A stretch of DNA of 58,045 nt, counting the filler, from Sphacelaria rigidula (Eukaryota), in assembly GCA_964200075.2 (NCBI GenBank). It is 5 parts of 5 records of this genome, joined end to end, with 100 filler letters (N's around TTAATTAATTAA, not from the genome) between each part and the next. Parts side by side here need not be neighbours in the genome. Positions count along the whole stretch, not along the records: positions 46,520 to 58,045 come from CAXNAA020004829.1; 4 more parts are not named here. One strand, given 5' to 3'. A program made the position numbers and the translations under genes. Shown here piece by piece: positions 46,853 to 58,045 of this stretch (its first letter is position 1; the number at the start of each line of letters is the position of its first letter). The notes under the pieces were generated by a model that searched no databases, was not told the DNA's origin, and saw nothing but the letters and a program-made list of their open reading frames with translations.

Positions 46853-49570
46853 GATGAGGACTCGCAGGCTATCCTGAGTTTGCTCCAGTGCACGAACAGC
46901 CGTGTCGGTTTGGGACTAAACAGCAACACCATGAGCATGGACGGCTCGACTGCCCCATCAAACACGACCATGTCAGACTCTGCCCGGGTAGGGCCAACGG
47001 GGGGAGGAGGCGGCGGCGGCGGCGGGGTGGCGGCGGCGGCGGCGGGCAGCAAGCGACGGGGGGGTCGCGACGACTACTCGGGAGAGCTAGACGCACGAGA
47101 AGTGGCGAACGGTTTTGGAATGGGAATGTCCTCCAAGGTAATGATACGCAGTTTGTATCCATTGATTTGTGTGTGTGTTGTGCGTTGTGGATCTAGGGGA
47201 GATTCCAAGAAGAGCTGACGACTGTGAGACAGAGAAAAGCGAATCAATCCCCGAACTCGGTAACAACAGAAGCATGCAAGGTTGTGTTGTGTAGAGCATA
47301 CCCTGAAGTGGGGGAGTTTTGGTTGGCATACGAAACCAGCATACTAAACCATACCCAACTGTGTACCCAACATTCCGTCATGGTCCGGCAGGGTATCGAG
47401 CCTTGTTCCTAACAATCCAGTGTGGTTCGGAAGAGTTTATACCGGTGACATACCTCTTCTACTGTACGCTTCAGTAAATACCCGAATTTCAGTCGTTATA
47501 CCCTACACAACACACAACCTTGGAACAACGGGTCCCGACTCGCGTCGAGTAAAACGAATCAGGAGTCGAATGACACTCTCCCCCCACCCCTTCTCGGAAG
47601 GGATGCGTGGTCAATGGTCAAGCGACTCAGGCAAGGAACAAATGAGTACGCCCCCCCACCCCGCCCCACCTCGTCCCGGCCCTCTACAAGAAATGAGGGA
47701 TGTGAAAATATGAGCTTCATCCGCACCCCCGCCGGTGCTCAGCAGTTGCTTGCATATAGTGCCTTTTGGGCTTTTGGGGGGCCAATTTTGAAGATAATTG
47801 CCCCCCCCCACCCCCCCCCCAAAGTGAGGGAAGGCGGGTCGGCCACGGGGAGGGGAGGAGAGGGGAGGGCGGATGCCGGGACGAGCTGTAAGAACAACCT
47901 CGGTAGATGATTAACTGGCTGAGTGATAGATGTGCTTTCTCGTCTGGTACTATTCACGTTCTCTTTTTCTGGAACCTCAGCCTCTGAAGCGAACCAAGAG
48001 CGAAGGGTCCAACCCGAAGGACGTCACCACAGCCGAGGCTCGCGCCCGGATGGACCGCGCCTTCACCATGCCCCAGTTCGTCACATCTGTCAAGGGCTTC
48101 GGAGGCTCGGGTCGCGCAAAGCAGGTGCGCCATCCGGTATCCTCCATGGATACCGCACGCCGTGAGGGCGTCTGTATGTGTGTGTATTTCGTTACAGTTT
48201 GCAGCCATACATCCGAAGATTTCAAGACAAACATTCCTCGGTTGTCGTGTGACGAGCAAGCACGTCTGACAATTTTGTGGTCTCGACCTGAGGAGACGGT
48301 GAGACGGTGCTGTCCCGATAAACTATTTTTCGTGTATCATGTCATGGCGTGTCATTTTTTTAATTATGCTCCCTTTGTTCTTCGTGCGCGGGTGACAGGC
48401 GTTTTCGGATGTGTTTCTTGCTCTCTCTCTCTCTCTCTCTCTCTCAGCCGATTCATTTCACTTGAAGAAGGTGGATGATGTCACATGTCCTTAATTTTAA
48501 TTCGTGGATTTCCGGTCGTTTTCTGGCCCTGACGATATGTAATTTTGTTCAAGGACGACACCGTGGAACTGGTGAAAAAAACAGGTATCAATACATGTGT
48601 AAATATATATATATATGAAAGCTCTCACCTCGCAGTGCTGCAGGTGACCTTTTGCTGACTCTACAATAGTTGTAGAAGCGGATCGTGAAATGGGAGTACC
48701 CTCTCTGTGCGCGTGGTGAATTCTTGGAAGGCTTCACGCAAAACCGCAACTCTTCGCCCCCGCAATTTTCAACACGCATCACCCAAACCACGTGTATCAT
48801 AACTGAACCATTTTGGAACCCACTGACGATTTTTTGTTTTCGTGAATCGGCATCATTTTGACTCGAAAATGACTGAAAATGATTCCGATTCGCATGAAGA
48901 AAGTCGTCAATGTGTTCCAAAAGGACTGATAAAGTTGAAGGACCAATCGACACATAGCCGAAACCGTGCCACCACGGTGTTATTCCCCTCATGGACACGA
49001 GAATGTGCGTACAGAGAGTTGGGTACGCTGAAACGGAACGCCACAGAGCGAGTCAGACGCTAGTTGAGTTTTTGCTCATATGAACTTGTCTTGGACACAC
49101 AACACGCACACACATGAATGCATACACCCTGTATACCGCATGTGCTGATACAGGCTCAGCGCAAGGGCTCGTTCCTGTCTCGAGCGGGCAGCCTTCAGGC
49201 ACGCTCGGGCTCCCTAGCCTCCGGGAAAACCACCGTTTCCGCATCCAAGTTCGTGTTTATGTCATCCTCCACCACCAGCATGGGCGGAGAGGACACCAGC
49301 GCGCGCACCGGCTTCGAAGAACCAGCCGCTTCTGATGGAAGTGGTGGGGGCGGGTACGGGGGGGGCGACAAGCGACCCGATATCTCGGCCTCCGGCTCAA
49401 ACATGAGCGGTAGTGGTGGTATGAGTAAGGGTGGAGTATTCAGTGGTATTGCGGGGGCTCGTAAGGGAGCCGGAGGGGTGGCGGGGGCGGGGGCGGGGAG
49501 AGCGGGTGCTAGTAGGTTGTGGAAGGGGCTGCGGGCGGAGAGTAAGTCCAAGTCGAAATCGAAGCGGTGA
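46853..49570 (+). CDS. Last three exons of a low-complexity protein, tentatively a Claspin/Mrc1-like C-terminus
   Basis: Exons 46853-47137, 47981-48124 and 49154-49570, all GT-AG and phase 0, ending in TGA. The ordered motifs DEDSQAILSLL ... KGSFLSR ... SKFVF recall the Claspin C-terminus. The gene structure is solid, the identity is tentative. Confidence 0.6.
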
Positions 49571-50814
49571 ACAGATGTTGGTGGTTTTGGTGATATTTCA
49601 ATTGTTTTGCTCATGATTGGACGAATGTTCCGGTTCGTTTGCTTTTTTGCGTCGAGATTCGAAGCTAATTGTTTCATGATTTTCCTCACCTTACGTGCCG
49701 TAATATGATGTACTCTTCCGTGTAGATAGGATAATCAGGGAGGTCAAGGAGGCCTCAGTTTGTGAGGGAAGGGGGGTTCGGTCTTCTTATTTTGCAATGC
49801 GATATTGTACAACGATCGATGTTGGTATGGGTGGAAGACGCTCCCGTTTTCTGTACAGCTTTGCTGAAATTTGTAGTTCAAACTTCGAAGTACGGCATTA
49901 GCATTGGGAGTTCGTGCACGGCACGTCTCTGGATGAAGGGATTTACCTTCACCTGGGCCGTCGAGGACGATGACATATGAAGCAAGTGATGGGGATACAA
50001 AAGATTATGTGCAATACGGGGTTGCATGTCATTCATGTGAACACACGCACGCTGTGTCTCCGTATGGGTACAGGGACAGTAACGCAGTTCTTGCTCTTGG
50101 GATATTGTTTTTCACGGCCCACCTCTGTAGTAGTGTAGTTGTCCTGTATTGCCCCCCCCTCCCCCCCCCATGCCCAAACCATCACGAACAGAATAGCCGC
50201 CGTACAGATACGGCTGGCTCTAGACTGTATGAAAAGATCTTCATATGGGGTTTGGCATGAGTACTGACGAAGTCGGCCGTTCGATAACAGATATGTTGAC
50301 AGATTTCCTCTATACTCTTTATTGTTTAGAAGGTGAAACACAACTTGGCTTTCCATCTCCTTTTTTTTCAGTTTGAAAGTTGCACAAGTTATTTTTACAT
50401 GACATGAAGTAGAAATCGGCTAGGGTGGATGGGTGCTCTGTTGACACCACGCCGTCCTTCACTTGAAAAATCAACAACGGGAGGCCCAGATGACCTACCC
50501 TTGGGGATGGAGGGGTTGAGGAAGACCTCATCCAGAAGGGTGTATTTAATTCAACCTAAAGACCACTACTTATGTACACCACCGGAAAATGAACAAATGA
50601 GTGCGGTCCGTGACTCCTCTCTTCCCCCGGACCGGGCGAACGAAGGTGTCTTGGTTCACCATGTGGAAACATCTGTGAGCGATAAGAGAGAGCTCCACAC
50701 AACACGGCGTTCGGGCGCATCTAACAATATTTTCGTGAGGTTGAGAGTCTAGCGTTGATTGAAAATGATTTTTACTATATTCGCTTCAACTTCTTGACCA
50801 ATTTTTCACACGTC

Positions 50815-51530
50815 GAAACGAGTGCATTCGTGAATGTGTTTTGAAAAGACAACGAGTATGACTCGTGTGCCCGAGATATTATTTGTTTCATGACAGTTTT
50901 TCCACAGCGAGCAATGATTCGTGTGCTCGAGCCATTCATTTTTCCACGACGAGCAATGACACGAGTGCTCGTCCTATAAATGTACTAAAGAGATACTCTC
51001 GGGCGCTTCAGTAGAACTCGGATCTCTGTATGTTTGGGGGTTGGCGGGGGGGGTGCTTGATCAAAATGAAAACGAGCTTTGGAGCTTGACGCTTGTACAT
51101 GTACAGAGATGCGTATGAACTTGGAGATTCTGAGCTCATGATGATTATTTTCTCGTCGGATTGCTGACTCTTCTACTCACGAGTGATGCTACGGTAGGGG
51201 TGCACAAATACTTGTTGGAATTGTTGGGAGCCATTCATCTAATCCAAAACACGACCTATTATTAAGTATGTGAGAGTAAGCTACCTAGGATTACTACTAC
51301 ATCGTGCTGGGGATAGTCCGAAATAATTTGCAACCGGGAATGCCCTGATCCATATTCTTGTGCATCTAGAATCGTCAGGAGCCCCTGAACCAGACAAGAT
51401 TTCGCGCACAGAAAGTGCACCCCTACCGTAGCATGTGCTCGAGTCATTCACTTCTCCACCACGAGCAATGGCTCGAGTACTCGTCCTAATATTTTTTGCA
51501 CAATAAGCAATGACTCGAGTGCTCCCCCTA
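50815..51530. repeat. Repeat remnant with recurrent CGAGCAATGACTCGAGTGCTCG-like motif
   Basis: Variants at ~50852, 50908, 50950, 51461 and 51505. Confidence 0.7.
51192..51428. mobile_element. TA-flanked Tc1/mariner-type MITE, 237 bp
   Basis: TA|CGGTAGGGGTGCAC ... GTGCACCCCTACCG|TA. Confidence 0.8.
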
Positions 51531-51709
51531 TTAAATTTTACGGCACACGCCGGGGGGGGGGGGGGGGGGGGGGGGGACAACTTCAAAATATATTGGTTGC
51601 AAAACAAAGGCCAACGAAGCTATCTCTTCTTCTTCTCATTATTGTGTTTGNNNNNNNNNNTTTTTTATTTTCTCGTTTTTTCCTGACCAACCCCTTCTCG
51701 CGTGTGTTG

Positions 51710-51765
<56 letters not shown>

Positions 51766-51785
51766 CGGAACTACTGAAACTATTT

Positions 51786-52604
51786 CGTGTATCCACACCA
51801 GATCTTCGAAGTATGCTTCCATTTCTTCACTTACTGGTAGTTATTAACTACTACACGCCATAACAATTTGGATTTCGATAAGCGAATGTCGGGGTTATGG
51901 GTGATGAACCAATTTTTGCTGAGGTGAACGCTAAAATTGGTTTTCCACCTAGGACCCCGACATTTCGCTTATCGAAATCCAAATTTGTATGGCGTATAGT
52001 AGTTGTCACTAACTACCACTAAGGCCGGATGCTGTGGCAAACAGATTTTTGGCCCACGGATTGTTCACTTTTGGGGCGTTTGAGCTACTTTTTGACCCCT
52101 AACGAGGGAAAACCGCCAACACGGGTCTCGGACACTTTGCATCACCCCACAGAGAGAAGCCTAGTCTGCTTTTCAGATTCGCTTGGCCCCGAGGTGTCGA
52201 GATCGGCCGCTGAACAATAATTCGTGTGCAGAAATCTGTGCTTGCCGAGCCCCCCAGTTTGTACAATAACCTGTGGAGAGCACCGTAGATTTTATTGCAC
52301 ACGGATTATCGTTCAGCGGCCGCGCTCGAAACCTTGAAGCCAAGCGAATCTGAAAAGCAGACTAGGCTCCTCTTGTGGGGTGATGCAAAGTGTCCGAGAC
52401 CCGTGTTGGGGGTTTTCCCTCTTTAGGGGTCAAAAAGTAGCTCAAACATCCCAAAAGTGAACGATCCGTGGGCCATAACATCCGGCCTAAGTGAAGAAAT
52501 GGAAGCATATTTCGAAGATTTGGTGTGGATACGAAGATTTTAATCCTCTGGGTTTTCATCTCCAATAGAAGATCCATCCCCAATTTGTACAATCATCCCG
52601 TGTT
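51786..52604. mobile_element. Foldback/MITE family A copy (left tip lost in a poly-G stretch)
   Basis: Homologous to 32211-32935 and ends ATCCCGTGTT. Confidence 0.85.
52023..52487. mobile_element. PIF/Harbinger (Tourist-like) foldback MITE, 465 bp, nested in family A
   Basis: TAA|GGCCGGATG ... CATCCGGCC|TAA with ~200-bp inverted arms. The empty site matches the opposite family-A arm (AACTACCA.TAAGTGAAGAAATGG). Confidence 0.9.
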
Positions 52605-54250
52605 ACGAGCGTCATTTGATATTTTGAATTTTTCCTGATGAAAAACACGTACAAGAAAGATTGTCGATTCGGTCGACGGTGTAACTGCCACACCTTGAAC
52701 CATTTCTGACGAGAGCTTACAGATAGATGGCCGCGAATCCTGACAGATAACGGTCACTTCGAGCAGGATCTATCCGATTTCAATTCGACAAGAAGAAAAT
52801 ATCCTCTTGTCCGTCATTGAGAGCTTGAGAACGCGTGCGTGATCGGTAGCGTGATAAGTTGGATGAGGAGAGCTGACGGGATACCGCATCGCTGTCACCA
52901 ATTCTCCACAGCGAAATGACACGCAGGCATCGGGCGAGGGAGGGATTGATAGATCCCTCTTGACCGCATTTCCATCGCGAGGAAGCGGAGGAGCTGACAC
53001 TGTGATGGCGAAGAACGAACATGAAGATAATGATGACTATTTTACCGAAACAAAAATCGGAAAAAGGTACACCAAAGAATGATACGATCGTAGGTGTCGA
53101 ACGACACGGACTTGGGCGGTGGCACGCGCATCGTCTCTTTCGAAGGGTGTTCGTTTTTAGCGTGCAGCGATCTTCCTCCTCTAAAGATCATCGGGCGCAT
53201 GCGACCCCGCACCGACGGACACCTAGCTTCGGCAGTAGTGACGCATTTCGTGGATGTCGTATAATGTTCAACCGTGTGTCGGGACGCGACGAAAGGGTGC
53301 CGTGCTGCGAGCGTTCGGCGTGTTGATTCCAAGGAGGTACACTGGGTATAATATAACAGCACGTTTCTCTATACCCCTTGCAGGCATTTACTGTAGCCAA
53401 CGCGTGGATCCACACCCGTCAGAGAACGGGGCATACGATGAGAAACTCGGAGTGTACATTTCGAGCAACTCAAGGAAGGGGGGGGGAGGGGGGACGCACG
53501 AGGGGAAAAGAGCGAAGCCGCAACCGGTGAAGAAGCACCACTTGAGATAAGCCTGTTAATGATGAGGGTATTCGTTGAGGGAACAATGCAGACGTGAAGC
53601 AATTTGTACTGTGTGCTTCGGCGGCCTTGTATGAAAAATTACACGTAAATACCCGACATCAAGAGTCAGTTCTTCTGCTTTACTCATGATCTCCGACTTT
53701 CATATGCACAAAGCAGTACACGAAGAGTAAATGAACTTTATGCACGCATAGACAATCACTTATATCATTCTCGTGTTTGCGTTTTTTTTCGCGTCACACT
53801 TTCGTTTCAAGATCAAAACAAACGACGGCAGTATTCATTTTCCGTCCACTTTCTCCTGGTGTGAGGCAGCATCCATCCCACCACACAGTACGATTAGCAT
53901 CGCAAAGAAGAGAACGTACAACGCAAGGAGAACGCATGATGTCTCTACAACACAGCCATTGCAGCTACACCTTTCCCAGTCACTGCAAACTAGGTCCTAG
54001 TCAAGTTTGGTCTTATTGTTCGTCGCACTTCAACCCCCCTCCTGCGGACGAGTCCCTGGTGTCGAGGAGTGGACCCATCTCTGCCCCGCACACGCCTTGC
54101 ATTTTGGTCCCCCTAATTGGGTGAGCACTCCCGCACCATGTCACCTCTCACGTACAGCATACAATGCCTTCCACTTCCCTGCACTGCTGCTGCTGCTGCT
54201 GCTGCTGCAGCACCACCACCAGCACCACCAGCACCACGCTACAACAAAAA

Positions 54251-57200
54251 TCATCCTCGTTCCATGAAATTGTGCACATCGGCGCCTCTCTGCTGGTAGT
54301 GTCGGTTCCGCTGCATTCGCTCTTCAAGCCCCATGCTGTTTATTTGGTCGCCCCGCATTTTGTCCAAGAAACTCGCGCCACTCTTTCCTCCCGCCGCCGC
54401 CGCCGCCGCGTGACCGCTATCGGGTCGCATATCTGCTCGCTTTCCGTCCTCCACTCTCTGCTTCTTGAGCTCCTGCGATAACAGAAAATGAAGCGCCACT
54501 ATATTTCAGAGAGACGTGATACTTACACGGTTGTTTTTTTAATCGACGAAGAGATGAAAATTCCATCGATTTGCATGTGAAACGGACGTAGGGCGCCGTG
54601 GTACCAAACGACTTTGCTCGGGCGGGCAGCGTACACCTTTTGCACGATGAGGGAACAAAAAACAGCCGCGGACGACCACGCACAGCTCACAAACGGCACC
54701 TCCTGGTTTGTTCCCACAGCTTACAAGCCCATCGATCGCGCAGTTCCTTGCGGTGTATACAGGGCGGGGCGTACTCATTCGTTGCTTGCCTTAAGTCGTT
54801 TGACCATTGACTACGCACCCCTTTCGAGGCGGAGCAAGGGAGGGAGTGTACTCATGATCTTGCATGACATCGCGTTCCTACAAAGTCGGGACGGAGCACG
54901 CCAGATTTTTGCCGGACCAGACTCGCAATCAATCACCAAGCGCGAAGCGCCGTGGTGTGTCCAGCGAGTCGCATGAAGGGTGAGCTGCACCGTACTAGGA
55001 GTGTTCGGCCCGAAGCGTACTGACTATCTTGCATTTGGATGATAGCCTCCGACGAGTTGCTTCATTTTCTGATGTTGCCACTCCCAGAGACAGCCACGGC
55101 TTTTACACTGCCTCATGGGTGTCTAACCACGGGGGAGGGGGAAGCTTCCTTGTAGCTGCTCGAACCGCCTGAGCAGCGCCCTTGCTACGTGGGATAGGGA
55201 AACATTACCCTCCCCCCCCTCCCATTACACATGTTCGTAGCATATTTACGGCCAGAAACCGTACACCGTAAATAGTTCTGTACTCGCCAGGGCTGCGAAT
55301 TGCAAATATTCAAACACACAACATCGTCATGAAATCACGAACGATGCACACAAAACTCAAAGAAAGATTACTGCGCACAAAAACAAAACATACGACAAGT
55401 CATAACTCCCGATCGAAATACCGAGCCCAAGCGGCATATTTTTAACATCGAAATAACGACAACAAGCATTCATTCGTCAACAGAAGGCGTGGAAACACAC
55501 ACACACAAACACGCAAGCGCCGGACATTGTAAAACATAGTATCAAAAATAGACATTGAAAAACAAGAACAAATGAAGAACAAAAAAAACAAGAAGTGGGC
55601 TCGAACCTGATTGCGTGTACCGTCTTCCTCCATCTCCTTCAACCTTTGCATCTTCTCCTCCGGGGTCATCGCCCGTCGACGGCGAGCCTGATTCCTCTCC
55701 CGCTCCCGCTCCGTCCTCTCCCTCTCTTTCGCCTCCAACAGACTCGCGGCCGGCCCTAAGCCTCCACCCCCGCTCCCACCCCCGCTCGTCTTCTTCGACG
55801 CACCCAAAAGCCCGTAGCGCTTCTCGCCGGTGGGGACAGCGGCGGCGGCAGGGGGCGGCACCGTCGCGGACGCCGACGATGCCGCGGAACTGTCGCTACT
55901 AGGGCTACGGGATCTTTTCCTGGTGCTGCTCCGTCGGCTGCTCTGCTGTTGCTGCTGACGTTGATGCCGAGTAGCGCTGCGGTCATCACCACGGGAGCTC
56001 CTACCGCTGTTGGCGACATCGACGTCACCATCTCGATCTCTCCTGGCAGCACCGCGCCGATCACCCTCTCCCCCTTCTCGTCTCCTACTTCGATCCCCGC
56101 GATAACTTTCTCTCGACCGATCTTCATCCCCGCGGTTTCTTCCCGTCTCCCTCTCCCTCTCTCGCTCACCCCTACGGTTACTACTACTATAAGCTTCCTC
56201 GCGAGAGCCACCTCGCGCGTTTGACTTTCCGTGTCGACTGTCGTACCGTGCCCCTCCATCACGATCACGACTCTTCCCGCCCGGTTCATCCGCGTCCCGA
56301 CGGTCACCCCCGCGATCACCCCTGCCATGCCGCCCTCCTCTTTCCTCTCCGCCCACCCCCGGCGATGGCACCACTCGTTCGCTGCTCCCCCATCGCCTCC
56401 TGTCGCCGCGATGGCGATCGCCGCCGCCGCCACGGTCGGTGGCAGCCCCGCTCCTAGTGGATATTTCTTTCCGACTGTTGGGTTTGTGATGCTGCTCCTC
56501 CTCGTCGGTGCTGTAGTAGCGGCCGTGGTTCGTTGCCATCGCTCCCGCTGCTGTCTTTGCCCTCTTCTTTTCTTTTTTCTTCTCCTGGACAAGAGGCGGT
56601 AGTGGCGACGGCGGTGCAGCAGCGGCGGCGTCGGGGGGGAGGGGGGGGGGGGGGGGGGGGGAAAAAAAAACACCTAGGTTTTTGTGTTTGTTGCTACATT
56701 CATATAAAAAAAGGGGTTTGGTTGAAATACCTGGCGTTTTTCGGTCACGCACAACGTCTTTTTTCTTTGAAGGAGAGTTGTTGTTCGTCATGTACGTCTA
56801 AACATAGTGTGAATGAACTACGGACATGTATGTACATGCGCATGGTACGAATGGAGCACCTTTTTTGCCTCCTTCCTCGCTTTCTTGGCCTTTTTCTTCT
56901 CTGCCTTGGCAGCTAATTCTGCCTCCAGCTGGTGTCGGATCCTGCCCATTTTGACGGGGTTGTTCACCACGCTCTGCTCGGCCTCTATGCGCGCTTTTCT
57001 GTTGGGTTTTTTCAAGGCGACGCGAATTGTGAGCAGAAGTGCAGCAAGCATGGAAAAACGCCGGAGGGGAAGATGAACACATGGATGTACCTGGCGGACG
57101 TGAGCTTTTTACTCGCAGCAATCTGGTCGCTGTGTGCGTGTATGTGTGTGTGCACAAGGATGCCGTGTCGCCCACCAAATTCGTCACGCCAAAGACACCC

Positions 57201-57720
57201 AAACAAGCCAAGGCTTTTTTGAAGTAACATGTAGGGGGTTTCGGTATCCGTACCGGTCGGCAAAAAGTACATCCGATTGGGTTCCACGTACGGTTTAACG
57301 GTACTGTGCAGGTGAGCAGAAATGGGGACCCTGCTCCACCGTTGTAACGAAGCATGAAAACCACGTAATCGATAAAAAGGACCTGAAAAAATGGGTATAT
57401 AATTGGCAAGGCCCTGCCTGAAAAGACCAAATATCATAGGGGACAAAAAATGGCCGACTCTGTACTCGTCTCAAAGATCCAAATTGCAACACAAAAATCA
57501 ACCGTTACGGCACAATATGGACGGTATGGAACGAAATGGACAGGCGTTTCGCCGGCACTACATTTTAATTTTCGCACCTCATGCGGAGGAGTGGATCCTC
57601 CTGTACTCTGCGGAAGGCCTCGTTGGCCGTGGTCGCCGCAGGAGCGATGAACATGGTGCCGGGGGCTTTGGTATCTTCCAGCTTTTTCAGCTCGCTTGTC
57701 CCCTTGTCCTTCATCTTGAA
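54251..57720 (-). CDS. CWC25: Pre-mRNA splicing factor CWC25, 5'-partial (last four exons)
   Basis: Exons 57720-57578, 56998-56860, 56584-55607 and 54472-54251 are phase-compatible. Motifs: NEAFRRVQEDPLLRMR, VVNNPVKMGRI, K-rich then RD/RS-rich region, MTPEEKMQRLKEM, FLDKMR...LEERMQRNRHYQQR. Confidence 0.88.
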
Positions 57721-57788
57721 CTATATGCGCCACGAAATGGCATGGCGCGGGATGACATGGCATGGCATGGCATGGGAAAAGGGTTCGG

Positions 57789-57880
57789 ATTGGTTGATTG
57801 ATTTCGATTGGTTTGATTGATTGTCGCACATTAGTTGACCCCCTAGGAGTCATGATCCAGCCATGGTCGCCAGGTGAAGA
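57789..57880 (-). mobile_element. RTE-type 3'-end fragment with degenerate (TCAA)n tail, in a CWC25 intron
   Basis: TTGATTGATTGTCGCAC...TGACCCCC.AGG...GATCCAGCC.TGGTC matches 5515-5565. Confidence 0.65.
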
Positions 57881-58045
57881 CATGGAACAAGGTGAGCAAT
57901 AACATAAACACTATTATAGCTGAAGTCAAACTCGAAACCGGGGGGGGGGGGGAGACAAGACAGAAAAAATTACACACGTCGAAAATCTCACAAACTCCAA
58001 AATTATTACCTCTTATAATTTTACTGCCACGGAAAATAATCCACC

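Noticed and set aside
55442..56791. 449-aa single-exon ORF
   Set aside because: It is CWC25 exon 56584-55607 read through into the flanking introns.
1..58045. Fanzor/TnpB, giant-virus core genes or prokaryotic defence systems
   Set aside because: No RuvC/zinc-finger, capsid, polymerase or operon-like signatures recognised in the ORF track. Highly decayed or spliced versions cannot be excluded without an HMM search.

Overview
Eukaryotic, intron-rich and TE-rich DNA, most consistent with a brown alga or related stramenopile draft assembly (inferred from gene and TE style, not proven). The window is not one locus. It is five scaffolds of 11532, 11530, 11529, 11528 and 11526 bp, in decreasing size order, joined by 100-nt N44-TTAATTAATTAA-N44 linkers, so adjacency across linkers means nothing. 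Scaffold 1 holds tandem duplications, a Ty3/Gypsy chromovirus 3' remnant with LTR and a decayed RTE-type LINE. Scaffold 2 holds a 495-bp foldback, a 3-exon orphan gene, a split Copia remnant and a 62-bp tandem repeat. Scaffold 3 holds an intronless protein with 15 highly uniform PPR repeats, plus nested MITEs. Scaffold 4 holds MITEs, a tandem pair of CAG/CTG hairpins, and a spliced MgtC-family gene with a signal/transit-like leader, head-to-head with an AN1 zinc-finger gene. Scaffold 5 holds a Claspin/Mrc1-like 3' end and CWC25, convergent, with nested MITEs between them. The best novelty candidates are the modular PPR array, the putative plastid-targeted MgtC and the co-varying CAG/CTG hairpin pair. 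All family calls come from motif recognition by eye; no database search was run.
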